Below are positions 1 to 8,691 of a stretch of DNA of 34,575 nucleotides, in pieces. The notes beneath the pieces are model-generated. The model was given only the letters and a program-made list of their open reading frames with translations, searched no databases and was not told where the DNA came from. The position numbers were made by a program, and so were the translations under genes. Each line of letters begins with the position of its first letter. The first letter of the stretch is position 1. Origin of the DNA: an uncultured Eubacteriales bacterium (lineage in GTDB: Bacteria; Bacillota; Clostridia; Oscillospirales; CAJFTT01); the NCBI GenBank assembly GCA_964426175.1, contig CAYRPK010000002.1, forward strand, positions 4,560 to 39,134, given 5' to 3'.

Positions 1-7
1 ATCTTTA

Positions 8-2098
8 TTATTCGAAAATATCAAAGCTGCCGAGGAAGTGTCTTCTTACACGCATAAAGTCGGTTGAATTGACTTCTTCATCTTCGTTAGTATCGGCGGC
101 GAGCCACTGCGAATACATTTCGAACTCGTAAACTTCAAGGAAATTTTTACGGATTTGCATGAAGTCGGTTGAATTGATTTTACCGTCACCTGTTACATCA
201 CCGTCAATAACTGTTTCATACAAAGTATCCATGTATTCGCCGTCTGAAAGTACCTGAATCCACATACCTGTACCGACTAAAGCATCGTCAGCATAAGCGT
301 TGCCGTCCAAATCGGTCAGCTGAATGTCTTCAACAAAGTTGGACTTGACTTCTGCCACGGTAGTATCTGCGCGAACATCAAGAACATATAAGCCTTCCTC
401 GTCAAGTGTATAGGTACTTTCTTCGGTTAAAGTGAGAGTTACATCACCAAAAATGGGAGGTAAGGAGGGCTCTGTGTCTGCTTCATAAACCTCGAATTCT
501 GCAATGCTTGGTGACCATTTGGTTGTAGCTTCATACATTACAATACGTACAGCAACAGCCTCAACAGCATCAAAGGTAGCAATATCATAAACCCAACCGT
601 TAAATCCGGAAGGTATATCGTAAGAATATTCGCAGTTGGGAACTTCCTGCCATGTTAAAAAATCATCGGTATATTCAATTACCATACCTGAGGGTGAGGC
701 GGTATAGCGTGAGCTTGCTTCAACAAGTACAGCTACTGTATCAATGACATGAAAATCATCCAAAATAACGCCGGCGTATATACCGTCAGGCCAATATAAG
801 ATGTCGTACTCATCCTTGCCTGAGGTTGCATATTGCCAACGGGTGAGGATTTCTCCGTCATTAATACCCTCTAAAGAGGCAACGTTTCCGCCATAATAAG
901 AATCGCTTCCGTCATCAAACGCATCGCCTAAAATAGCAATATTGAAGTCATTAGGCTCCCAAGTGCCAATGTCCGGGGGAGTGGGCTCGGTGCCCTCGGG
1001 GGCTTCATAGACTTCAAGCTCTGCGATTTTGGGACTCCATTTATTTATAGCATGATACATAACAATGCGTACAGCGGCCGCCTCTACTGCATCGAAGCTT
1101 ACTGAGTCGTAAGACCAGCCTGAAATACCGCTGTCAATGTAGTAAGTATATGTTGCATTGGGTACATCAAACCAATTTATGCTATCGGGGGAATATTGCA
1201 CGACCATACTGTCGGTATCGGGAGCATATCGGGCTCCATCCTCAATAAGAATCATAACATCGCTTATGACTGAGACCTGATCCAAAGTGACACCTGCGTA
1301 GATACCATAAGGCCAAGAGAGAATTTCTTCGCTTTCAAGATCGCCCTGTGTCGCATACTGCCAAGAAGTTATATAGTCACCGTCGTTAAGACCGTTAAGA
1401 GAAACAAAAGCATCTTCGGCATAGAGGACATCGCTTCCGTCATCAAAAGCTTGACCGTTAACAGCAATATTATTTACATTGGGTACCCAAGTGATATAGG
1501 GTTTATAAGTATCACCTGCCTCATAAACATTAATTTCGGCAATCTGGGGGCACCATTTACTTACGCCTTCATACATAACTATACGTATTGCCGCGGCTTT
1601 AACGGCATCAAAGGTTACCTGATCGTAAGACCAACCGTATGTACCTGAGTTGTAACCGTAGGAATAAAAAGCATTGGGAACCTCCTGCCAGGTAACGTTA
1701 TCGGCAGTATACTCAACCACCATAGCATCGTAGTTATAACGGGATGCTTCCTCTACAAGGATATATGTGTTGTCGATAACATAAGTTTTATCAAATGTAA
1801 TTCCGACAAAAATACCATCGGGCCAGGTTAAAATAACATCCTCATCTTCGCCGGCGGTTGCATACTGCCAAGCAGTAACAGTGTTACCGTCGTTAACGCC
1901 GTCAAGGGAGATAAACTCTCCGTCATAGAGGACATCGCTTCCGTCGTCAAAGGCGGTACCGAGCAGGGCAATATTCAGACCGTCGTCTGCAGATACATTA
2001 GAAACGGCACTGACGGAAAATAAGGTAGTGAACATTGACAATGTCAGTATTGCTGATAGAAGTCTTTTTGCAGTTTTCATTAGTTGCATCCTTTCCAA
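8..2098 (-). CDS. Secreted non-catalytic dockerin-containing protein with three tandem discoidin (F5/8 type C, CBM32-like) modules
   Basis: 696-aa ORF with an N-terminal signal peptide (KTAKRLLSAILTLSMFTTLFSVSAVSNVSA). Three ~155-aa repeats share NIAxxGxAFDDGSD, WQYAT, WPxGI, WxxVPN, FDAVxAxAxRIVMY and KWxPxIAExxVYEA; the IAE-x-VYE ending is typical of discoidin domains. The C-terminus has duplicated Ca-binding dockerin segments, DGDVTGDGKINSTDF and DTNEDEEVNSTDF. The ORF-track start at 2098 is TTG. ATG at 2080 (MKTAK) lies 8 nt after GGAAAGGA and is the more likely start. Confidence 0.85.
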   Translation of the reverse strand: MERMQLMKTAKRLLSAILTLSMFTTLFSVSAVSNVSADDGLNIALLGTAFDDGSDVLYDGEFISLDGVNDGNTVTAWQYATAGEDEDVILTWPDGIFVGITFDKTYVIDNTYILVEEASRYNYDAMVVEYTADNVTWQEVPNAFYSYGYNSGTYGWSYDQVTFDAVKAAAIRIVMYEGVSKWCPQIAEINVYEAGDTYKPYITWVPNVNNIAVNGQAFDDGSDVLYAEDAFVSLNGLNDGDYITSWQYATQGDLESEEILSWPYGIYAGVTLDQVSVISDVMILIEDGARYAPDTDSMVVQYSPDSINWFDVPNATYTYYIDSGISGWSYDSVSFDAVEAAAVRIVMYHAINKWSPKIAELEVYEAPEGTEPTPPDIGTWEPNDFNIAILGDAFDDGSDSYYGGNVASLEGINDGEILTRWQYATSGKDEYDILYWPDGIYAGVILDDFHVIDTVAVLVEASSRYTASPSGMVIEYTDDFLTWQEVPNCEYSYDIPSGFNGWVYDIATFDAVEAVAVRIVMYEATTKWSPSIAEFEVYEADTEPSLPPIFGDVTLTLTEESTYTLDEEGLYVLDVRADTTVAEVKSNFVEDIQLTDLDGNAYADDALVGTGMWIQVLSDGEYMDTLYETVIDGDVTGDGKINSTDFMQIRKNFLEVYEFEMYSQWLAADTNEDEEVNSTDFMRVRRHFLGSFDIFE
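479..1978 (-). repeat. Three tandem in-frame coding repeats (~470-530 nt period) encoding the discoidin-like modules
   Basis: Protein residues 41-194, 210-366 and 386-540 align motif for motif. These map to about 1517-1978, 1001-1471 and 479-943. The copies have diverged at the DNA level and are not identical. Confidence 0.8.
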
Positions 2099-2102
2099 AA
2101 AA

Positions 2103-2135
2103 AATTGTGTAGCAAATATATTATACTACACAATT
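2103..2135. promoter_or_regulatory. Perfect 10-bp inverted repeat AATTGTGTAG-N13-CTACACAATT bracketing the -10 box
   Basis: Arms at 2103-2112 and 2126-2135 are exact reverse complements. The 13-nt centre contains the TATAAT. On the minus strand the repeat is followed by a T-run (2102-2097). Confidence 0.6.
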
Positions 2136-2148
2136 ACATGAAAAGCAA
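2120..2148 (-). promoter_or_regulatory. Sigma-A-type promoter of the dockerin-protein gene
   Basis: On the minus strand: TTGCTT (2148-2143), a 17-nt spacer, then TATAAT (2125-2120). This sits about 40 nt upstream of the ATG at 2080. Confidence 0.55.
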
Positions 2149-2190
2149 TATTTTTTGAATAAATTATCCTAAGCAGTGGCGTTTTTTGTG

Positions 2191-3141
2191 TCATGCTGTA
2201 AAATATTCGTCATTCGAAAGAGAAACGCCGAAGGAAGCGGTTAAATCATCGCTGACGGCTCTTACATATCCGGTAAAAACTGTTTCCACTCCGTCCAAAT
2301 CGGTGGCAATACCGTGGAAAAGATAAACAGGCTGAATGTGAGTCTGGAAAACCTGAGATTTAAATGAATCCCAATAAACTAACTGAACGGAGGTTACTTC
2401 TACTGTTTTAATACGAGATGTGGTTTCTTCTCTGCCGAAGCTTTGAGCTGATTCCTCAGTTAAAAGTTTATCCAAAGCCGAAGCGACTCCAATAGGCTCA
2501 AAAGGCGTTTCTCCCGAATAAGTTGAACATTGTTGCTTGAAAATGCTAAGTCCGTTACCTTCAAAATAAAAATGAAGACCTGTATTACCCACAACTTTTA
2601 TGCCGTTAATTGTACGGTTATATGAAAGAAGTCTTGCGCCGTTTGCATCAGTCATTTCGGCGGCCGACAACTCACTCATATCTAACCCCAATTTTTCTAT
2701 AACGTCTTCTGCTATTTTGATATATTCGTCATCGGAAAGAGTGGGCTTAACACCGTAAAGAGCAGTATTATAAAATGAAATAAAGCCGTCTTCATGCGTT
2801 ATCAAACGCTTTTGCCCATCAACATAGCGGTAAGCCTTAACGGCGGTATTTTCCATTTTTTCACGCTTAACATTACCCATTCCGAAAGCTGAAAGAAGTG
2901 TAGAACCATCATATTTTTTATTTGTGTTGTTAAGCATGGGAGGGGTACCAAGTTCAGCGTCGAGGGTTTCGGTTTGATTTAACAGAGATGTAAAATCATA
3001 TTCGATTTTACGTTGCTCCTGAGTGGCCGTAGTACCTGAAAATTCAACTCTTGCAATGGCACCTGTGCCGTTGCAGGAAACTGTGGTAAAGAGAAGCGCG
3101 GATATAATCATTGCTGAGATTATTCGTGAAAAGATCCTCAT
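2191..3141 (-). CDS. Putative lipoprotein of unknown function
   Basis: 316-aa ORF. The N-terminal hydrophobic signal ends in a lipobox-like TTVSC followed by NGTG. I recognised no catalytic motifs. Confidence 0.7.
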   Translation of the reverse strand: MRIFSRIISAMIISALLFTTVSCNGTGAIARVEFSGTTATQEQRKIEYDFTSLLNQTETLDAELGTPPMLNNTNKKYDGSTLLSAFGMGNVKREKMENTAVKAYRYVDGQKRLITHEDGFISFYNTALYGVKPTLSDDEYIKIAEDVIEKLGLDMSELSAAEMTDANGARLLSYNRTINGIKVVGNTGLHFYFEGNGLSIFKQQCSTYSGETPFEPIGVASALDKLLTEESAQSFGREETTSRIKTVEVTSVQLVYWDSFKSQVFQTHIQPVYLFHGIATDLDGVETVFTGYVRAVSDDLTASFGVSLSNDEYFTA

Positions 3142-3179
3142 GTTTGACCATTCCTTTCATCAATAGGGGATGAGCACGG

Positions 3180-4427
3180 TTACTTCTTGAACATTCTGTC
3201 TGCGGCAAGCATAATACCCGCTTTGGCAGTATGGTAAGTAAGACCTCCCTGAAGATATGCAACATAGGGCGGACGGATGGGGGCATCGCAGGAAAGCTCG
3301 ATTGAGGCTCCTTGAGTAAATGCGCCTGCAGCCATAATAACTTCGTCGGAATAGCCAGGCATTGCCCACGGCTCGGGACAGACGTAGGAATCAACGGGAC
3401 TGCCCATCTGTATTCCCTGAACAAAAGAGATAAGCTTATCTCTATCGCCGAAAGCGATGGTTGTTATAATATCGCTTCGAGGTGTATCTGATGAGGGGAA
3501 AACATCTATGCCGAGAGCTTCAAAAAGAGCAGAGGCAAAAACTGCGCTTTTCACGGCATCTGCGGTAACGGAGGGAGCCATAAAAATTCCCTGATACATA
3601 GCCTTAAGCTGACCGAGAGTGCAACCGACCTCTTTGCCCATACCAACAGAGGTTAACCGATATGAGCAAAGCTCAATAAGCTTAGAACTGCCCACAATAT
3701 ATCCACCCGTATCACAAAGACCGCCGCCTGCATTTTTAATAAGACTGCCGATAGCCATATCTGCCTGAAGCTCCGTCGGTTCATATTTTTCGGTAAATTC
3801 ACCGTAGCAGTTATCTACCATAACTATGACAGAGGGCTTTATTTGTTTTGCGGCGCGTGCAACAGCACCTATTTCCTCGGAAGTGAGCGCTGCGCGAGCG
3901 GAATATCCTCCTGAACGCTGAATATAAACTACTTTTATGTTATTATCATTTTTTAATGCACCGATCACAGCGTTAATATCTATTTTGCCGTCAATTAAAG
4001 GAATTTCGGCGTAATTGATACCAAAATCGCTTAAGCTTCCGTTACCTGTTTTACCGCTTGCACCGATAACCTCGTCTAATGTATCATAAGGCTTTCCTGT
4101 TACGGCTAAAAGGGTATCATTAGGACGAAGCACACCGAAAAGTGCAGTGGATAAGGCATGAGTTCCCGAAATAAAATTATGACGGACAAGGGCATCCTCT
4201 GTGCCGAAAATATCGGCAAAAATGCGGTCGAGGTTATCTCTGCCTGCATCGTCATAGCCGTAGCCCGTAGTGCCGGAAAAGTGCGAAGCGGCAACTCGGT
4301 TTTTTATGAATGCATCAAGCACCTTTCTGCTGTTATGCTGACAAATATCTTCAATTCTTAAGAATGCATCGGTACATTTTATTTCAGCCGTCTTTGCGGC
4401 GTCAAGTATTTTTCGGGAAAATTGCAT
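3180..4427 (-). CDS. ynbB: Methionine gamma-lyase family / YnbB-type (aluminium-resistance family) PLP-dependent enzyme
   Basis: 415 aa. Blocks characteristic of B. subtilis YnbB are present: SGTTGYGYDDAGRD, ISGTHAL, TGKPYDTLDEVIG, DNCYGEF, GSLIKNAGGGL and GASIELSCDAPIRPPYVAYLQGGLTY. Confidence 0.85.
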   Translation of the reverse strand: MQFSRKILDAAKTAEIKCTDAFLRIEDICQHNSRKVLDAFIKNRVAASHFSGTTGYGYDDAGRDNLDRIFADIFGTEDALVRHNFISGTHALSTALFGVLRPNDTLLAVTGKPYDTLDEVIGASGKTGNGSLSDFGINYAEIPLIDGKIDINAVIGALKNDNNIKVVYIQRSGGYSARAALTSEEIGAVARAAKQIKPSVIVMVDNCYGEFTEKYEPTELQADMAIGSLIKNAGGGLCDTGGYIVGSSKLIELCSYRLTSVGMGKEVGCTLGQLKAMYQGIFMAPSVTADAVKSAVFASALFEALGIDVFPSSDTPRSDIITTIAFGDRDKLISFVQGIQMGSPVDSYVCPEPWAMPGYSDEVIMAAGAFTQGASIELSCDAPIRPPYVAYLQGGLTYHTAKAGIMLAADRMFKK

Positions 4428-4445
4428 ATGAATTAAACCGTCCTT

Positions 4446-5216
4446 TTAATTTTTGGTCAAAGTAACACGTTTGCCTGCAGAAGTAAAACCGAGAGCAAGA
4501 TAAACTCTTTTACCTACATCACTTTTACAGGTTATAAGAGGTAAAATATCTTGGCTTCTGAGCTCTGATGAAAGCTGAGATACTATCTGAGTTGCAAGTC
4601 CTTTTTTGCGGTGATTACTGTCAGTACAAACTCCGCCGATAAGTGCCGCTTTATTACCTTTGAAAAATATACTTGCACAAGAAATGACTGTATCTTGCGA
4701 ATAAATAGCGGCGGACAAGCCTTTACCGTGATTTATTCGATGAAGCATGTCCGATTTGAATTCATCGCGACTTTTCAGCGGAAAATGCTCTTTCATAATA
4801 TTATAAATATCATCCATTTTGGGAGAAATATCAATTTTACTTTCAATTTTAGGTAAAATTACGTCTTTTTTTAATTCTAAAAGCTCAGCGGAAAAAACAT
4901 CAAATCCGTCTCTGCAGTTTAATATATCAAAATCGCTCTCATCCATCGCGACACTTTGAATAAAAGGATTAAGCTTTAAAAAAGAATGTAATTCTTCCGC
5001 ATCGCTTGATTTTGTCAGAGTAAGAAAGGCAGAATTATCTAAAATTGAAACACAAGCATCAATTCCCTGTGAAATTTGCAGATAGACTTTAAAAAAAGGC
5101 TTCGTTATCCCGTAAGTTCCTATAAGTGCCTGGTGAAAGAGGGCGCTCATCATATTTGCCGCTGATAAAAAATTTTGAATCTCATAAGCATCATCTGCGG
5201 TTGCTAGTCTTATCAA
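4446..5216 (-). CDS. GNAT family N-acetyltransferase
   Basis: The C-terminal half carries an acetyl-CoA-binding motif, HRKKGLATQIVSQL. The ORF-track start at 5276 overlaps ecfT by 45 nt. TTG at 5216, preceded by GGTGGG (5228-5223, 6-nt spacing), gives LIRLATADDAYEI and lies 15 nt after the ecfT stop, so it is the more likely start. Confidence 0.75.
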   Translation of the reverse strand: MIRLATADDAYEIQNFLSAANMMSALFHQALIGTYGITKPFFKVYLQISQGIDACVSILDNSAFLTLTKSSDAEELHSFLKLNPFIQSVAMDESDFDILNCRDGFDVFSAELLELKKDVILPKIESKIDISPKMDDIYNIMKEHFPLKSRDEFKSDMLHRINHGKGLSAAIYSQDTVISCASIFFKGNKAALIGGVCTDSNHRKKGLATQIVSQLSSELRSQDILPLITCKSDVGKRVYLALGFTSAGKRVTLTKN

Positions 5217-5230
5217 AATAATCCCACCAA

Positions 5231-6033
5231 TTAAATCAAATTCAGAAGTACGGTTGATGCAATAATAACAGCACAAATGATAAAAGCAATAATATCACAT
5301 AAATGAAGCTTCATCTGCTTCATACGGGTTCTGCCTTCACCGCCGCAATAGCAACGGCAATCCATTGCGGTTGCTAATTCTGTTGCACGCCGTATTGCCG
5401 AAACAAAAAGCGGAATGAGGATAGGAATAAGAGCCTTGATACGATGTATAAGACTGCCCGTATCAATATCGGCACCTCGCGCTTTCTGAGCCGCTATAAT
5501 CTTATTTGCTTCTTCCATTAATGTTGGAATAAAACGCAGAGCAATCGTCATTATCATAGCCAAATCATGAACAGGTAGTTTGAATATTTTTAGAGGCGAC
5601 AACAGCCTTTCAAGACCGTCGGTAAGATCAATGGGATTGGTGGTATAGGTTAAAAGCGAGGTTACAATAATAAGAAAAACTATACGAATTATCATAAAGA
5701 GGGCGCGCCATAATCCACCCGTAGTGATAGTCAGTCTCCACCAGCTCCAAAGCACCTCACCCTCGTCTGCATAAAAAATATTAAGCAGACTCATAAGGAT
5801 AATTATTGGGAGTATGCTTTTGACCGATCGTAGTGCAAGCCTAAGCGGTACCTTAGATAAAGCAAAAATTACAACAATACATATTCCGGCAAAAATAAGA
5901 GGAATAAAATTGCCTGTCGCCGGAATAAAAGCGCAACTATAAGTGCGATGACGCCGATGAGCTTTACACGTGCATCTAATCTGTGAATTACTGAATTTGC
6001 AGGATAAAACTGACCGAAGGAGAACTCGACCAT
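5231..6033 (-). pseudogene. ecfT: ECF transporter transmembrane component EcfT, interrupted by a 1-nt frameshift (or an assembly indel)
   Basis: ATG at 6033 abuts the ecfA stop (TAAATG) and reads MVEFSFGQFYPANSVIHRLDARVKLIGVIALIVALLF, a typical EcfT N-terminus. That frame stops at 5871-5869. The -1 frame continues IPATGNFIPLIFAGICIVVIFALSKVPLRLALRSVKSILPIIILMSLLNIF and joins the 187-aa ORF ending at 5231. The span is 803 nt (3n+2). Confidence 0.8.
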
Positions 6034-7791
6034 TTATAAGCCCCCCTTTTCTAAAGCCTTTAATAGTTCATTCTTGGCTTTTTCCACCGTATAAACGGCA
6101 GGATTAAGGTTGTGGCCGCACTTTCGCAGTTCGGAAAAAATTTTGGTAACACTTGGGATATCAAGTCCCATTTGCGCTAATTTTTCGGCCTCTGAGAAAA
6201 CCTTTTGGGCAGTATCAAACATGGCAAGCTTGCCTTTATTCATAACCATAATTTTCTCGCAGTATTCGGCTACGTCCTCCATGCTGTGAGAAACGAGAAG
6301 CACCGTTTTATTCTTTTGCAAACGGTATAGATTAATACGGCGAAGCAGACTTTCCCTTGCTCTCGGATCAAGACCTGCCGCAGGCTCGTCTAAGATGAGG
6401 ATATCCGGTTCCATTGCAATTATACCTGCAACAGCAACACGCCGTTTCTGACCTCCCGACAAATCAAAGGGAGAACGCTCAAGCATATCTTCTCTTACGG
6501 CACAAAATTCCGAAGCTTCTTTAACGCGGCTTGCAATTTCTTCTTCGCTTAATCCCTGATTTTTTGGACCGAAGGCTATATCTTGACGCACTGTTTCCTC
6601 AAAAAGCTGGTATTCGGGATATTGAAAACAAAGCCCGACCTTAAAACGGATTTTTCGCAAATCTGTCTTATTATCGCAAATATTTTCATTGCCCACATGA
6701 ATTTCGCCTGAGGTTGGTTTCAAAAGTCCGTTTAAAGTTTGAATAAGAGTGGATTTACCGCTTCCTGTGTGACCGATTATACCGATAAGCTCACCACGCT
6801 TTATATCAAAGCTGACGTTATCTACAGCGGTTTTTTCAAAGGGTGAGTTTTGACCGTATATATAGGTAAGATTTTTAACGGAAATAACGGTTTCACTATC
6901 TTTTACTGTGGTCTCCTCAGTAAGCGTGTATGATATGGGCGGTGATTTTTTTAAAAGGGAATCAAGTGCATCTACACATTCTTCTGTTGTAAGAATATCT
7001 TTAGGTAAAGAAATTCCCGAATTTCTTAATTCATAAGCCAGAGCGGTAGGATGGGGGACACTTAAGCCCACATCTTTTAATTCTTTAACATTACTGAAGA
7101 CCTGACGCGGCGTACCTTCGGAAATGATTTTTCCGTCAGACATTACAACAATTCTGCCGCATTTGGCAGCTTCCGCCATATAATGTGTGATAAGTATTAC
7201 AGTGATGCCTTTTTCGCGATTTAAGCGAAGAATAGTTTCTAAAACTTCTTTTCTTCCTTTTGGGTCAAGCATTGCGGTAGGTTCATCAAGAATGAGAATT
7301 TCGGGCTCCATTGCAAGAACGCCGGCAATTGCAACACGTTGCTTTTGTCCGCCCGAAAGACGATGTACCTCGTGATGGCGGTATTCCGTCATACCTACCG
7401 TTTCAATGGCACTGTCAACGCGCTTGCGTATTTCGTTGGGCGCAATACCCAAATTTTCCGGAGCAAAGGCAACATCGTCCTCGACTAATGATGCAACAAG
7501 CTGATTATCGGGATTTTGAAAAACCATTCCTGCACGCCTGCGAATAGCAAGTAAATTTTTTTCGTCTGCAGTATCCATTCCTGCAACAGTAACACTTCCG
7601 CCTGAAGGTAAAAGAATAGCATTCAGGTGTTTTGCAAAGGTGGATTTGCCGCTTCCGTTATGTCCGAGCACGGCAACAAGCTCACCCTTATTAACGGAAA
7701 TGTTAATACCGTCAAGGATAAGCTTAGGTACCTGGTTTTCTGAGGCAGTGTCATATTTAAATGTCAGGTTTGAAGCATTGATAATTGACAA
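6034..7791 (-). CDS. ecfA: Fused ECF transporter ATPase EcfA1-EcfA2 (two ABC domains in one polypeptide)
   Basis: 585 aa. Domain 1 has GHNGSGKST, LSGGQKQR and ILILDEPTAMLD. Domain 2 has GHTGSGKST, LSGGQKRR and ILILDEPAAGLD. The start is TTG, preceded by GAAAGGA. Confidence 0.9.
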   Translation of the reverse strand: MSIINASNLTFKYDTASENQVPKLILDGINISVNKGELVAVLGHNGSGKSTFAKHLNAILLPSGGSVTVAGMDTADEKNLLAIRRRAGMVFQNPDNQLVASLVEDDVAFAPENLGIAPNEIRKRVDSAIETVGMTEYRHHEVHRLSGGQKQRVAIAGVLAMEPEILILDEPTAMLDPKGRKEVLETILRLNREKGITVILITHYMAEAAKCGRIVVMSDGKIISEGTPRQVFSNVKELKDVGLSVPHPTALAYELRNSGISLPKDILTTEECVDALDSLLKKSPPISYTLTEETTVKDSETVISVKNLTYIYGQNSPFEKTAVDNVSFDIKRGELIGIIGHTGSGKSTLIQTLNGLLKPTSGEIHVGNENICDNKTDLRKIRFKVGLCFQYPEYQLFEETVRQDIAFGPKNQGLSEEEIASRVKEASEFCAVREDMLERSPFDLSGGQKRRVAVAGIIAMEPDILILDEPAAGLDPRARESLLRRINLYRLQKNKTVLLVSHSMEDVAEYCEKIMVMNKGKLAMFDTAQKVFSEAEKLAQMGLDIPSVTKIFSELRKCGHNLNPAVYTVEKAKNELLKALEKGGL

Positions 7792-7821
7792 AATCTTATG
7801 TCCTTTCTATGTATAGCCATC

Positions 7822-8691
7822 CTACCTGCACCATATGGCAGTGGCGCCGCAGGGTAATATTAACCCTGAATTTGTTACGGGCAAACCGATTTCATCAGCG
7901 GAAACATTTCCACCGAAGCGTTTTTGACATGTAATTCCCAAAAGATATTCCGTTACGGCAGGAGAAAGTCCCGTGGTATAGGAATTTAACAGGAAAAACA
8001 ATGGTTCGTCAGAGAGAATACTGACGCAGTCTTTAATGAGAGAGAAAATATTATCCTCCAATTTCCATACCTCGCCACCCGGACCGCGGCCGTAGGATGG
8101 TGGATCCATAATGATGCCGTCATATTTGTTTCCGCGACGAATTTCGCGTTGAACAAACTTGATACAGTCGTCAACAAGATATCTGACAGGCTTTTCTCGG
8201 AGTCCGCTTGAAACTGCATTTTCCTGTGCCCATTGCACCATACCCTTTGAAGCGTCAACATGGGTTACCTTTGCACCGGCAGCAGCACATGCAAGAGTTG
8301 CACCGCCTGTATATGCGAAAAGGTTTAATATATTTACCGTTTTACCCTTTTGGGTTTCAATTCTGATTTTATCTGACATAAAATCCCAATTGACAGCCTG
8401 TTCGGGGAAAATGCCCGTATGCTTAAAGCCCATGGGTTTTAAATTGAATTTCAATTCACCGTAAGAAACAGTCCAAACTTCGGGTAATCGACGGTTTTGC
8501 CATTTACCGCCGCCCGAATTAGAACGAAGATAATGCCCGTCAAAATCTCTCCAACGGCTATCGGTTCGCTCAGTATCCCATATTATCTGAGGGTCGGGAC
8601 GAATAGTAATGTATTCGCCCCAACGCTCCAACTTTTCGCCGAGTGAAGTATCAATAATCTCGTAATCACGCCAATTTTCGGCAACTCTCAT
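7822..8691 (-). CDS. Class I SAM-dependent methyltransferase (RlmI/RlmK-like, PF10672-type)
   Basis: 289 aa. It has the SAM-binding block LNLFAYTGGATLACAAAGAKVTHVDAS and the downstream motif IIMDPPSYGRG. The start ATG abuts the glmM stop (TAAATG). Confidence 0.75.
   Translation of the reverse strand: MRVAENWRDYEIIDTSLGEKLERWGEYITIRPDPQIIWDTERTDSRWRDFDGHYLRSNSGGGKWQNRRLPEVWTVSYGELKFNLKPMGFKHTGIFPEQAVNWDFMSDKIRIETQKGKTVNILNLFAYTGGATLACAAAGAKVTHVDASKGMVQWAQENAVSSGLREKPVRYLVDDCIKFVQREIRRGNKYDGIIMDPPSYGRGPGGEVWKLEDNIFSLIKDCVSILSDEPLFFLLNSYTTGLSPAVTEYLLGITCQKRFGGNVSADEIGLPVTNSGLILPCGATAIWCR

Noticed and set aside
3044-3424. Overlapping 126-aa and 69-aa minus-strand ORFs at the ynbB/lipoprotein junction
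   Set aside because: They are alternative frames of the same strand within the 3' end of the YnbB-like gene and the 5' end of the lipoprotein gene. Both real genes have better signals.
5915-5935. Programmed -1 ribosomal frameshifting as the explanation for the split ecfT
   Set aside because: The junction (GCG CTT TTA TTC CGG) has no X-XXY-YYZ slippery heptamer in the zero frame and no obvious downstream stimulatory structure. A simple 1-nt indel in the homopolymer is more economical.
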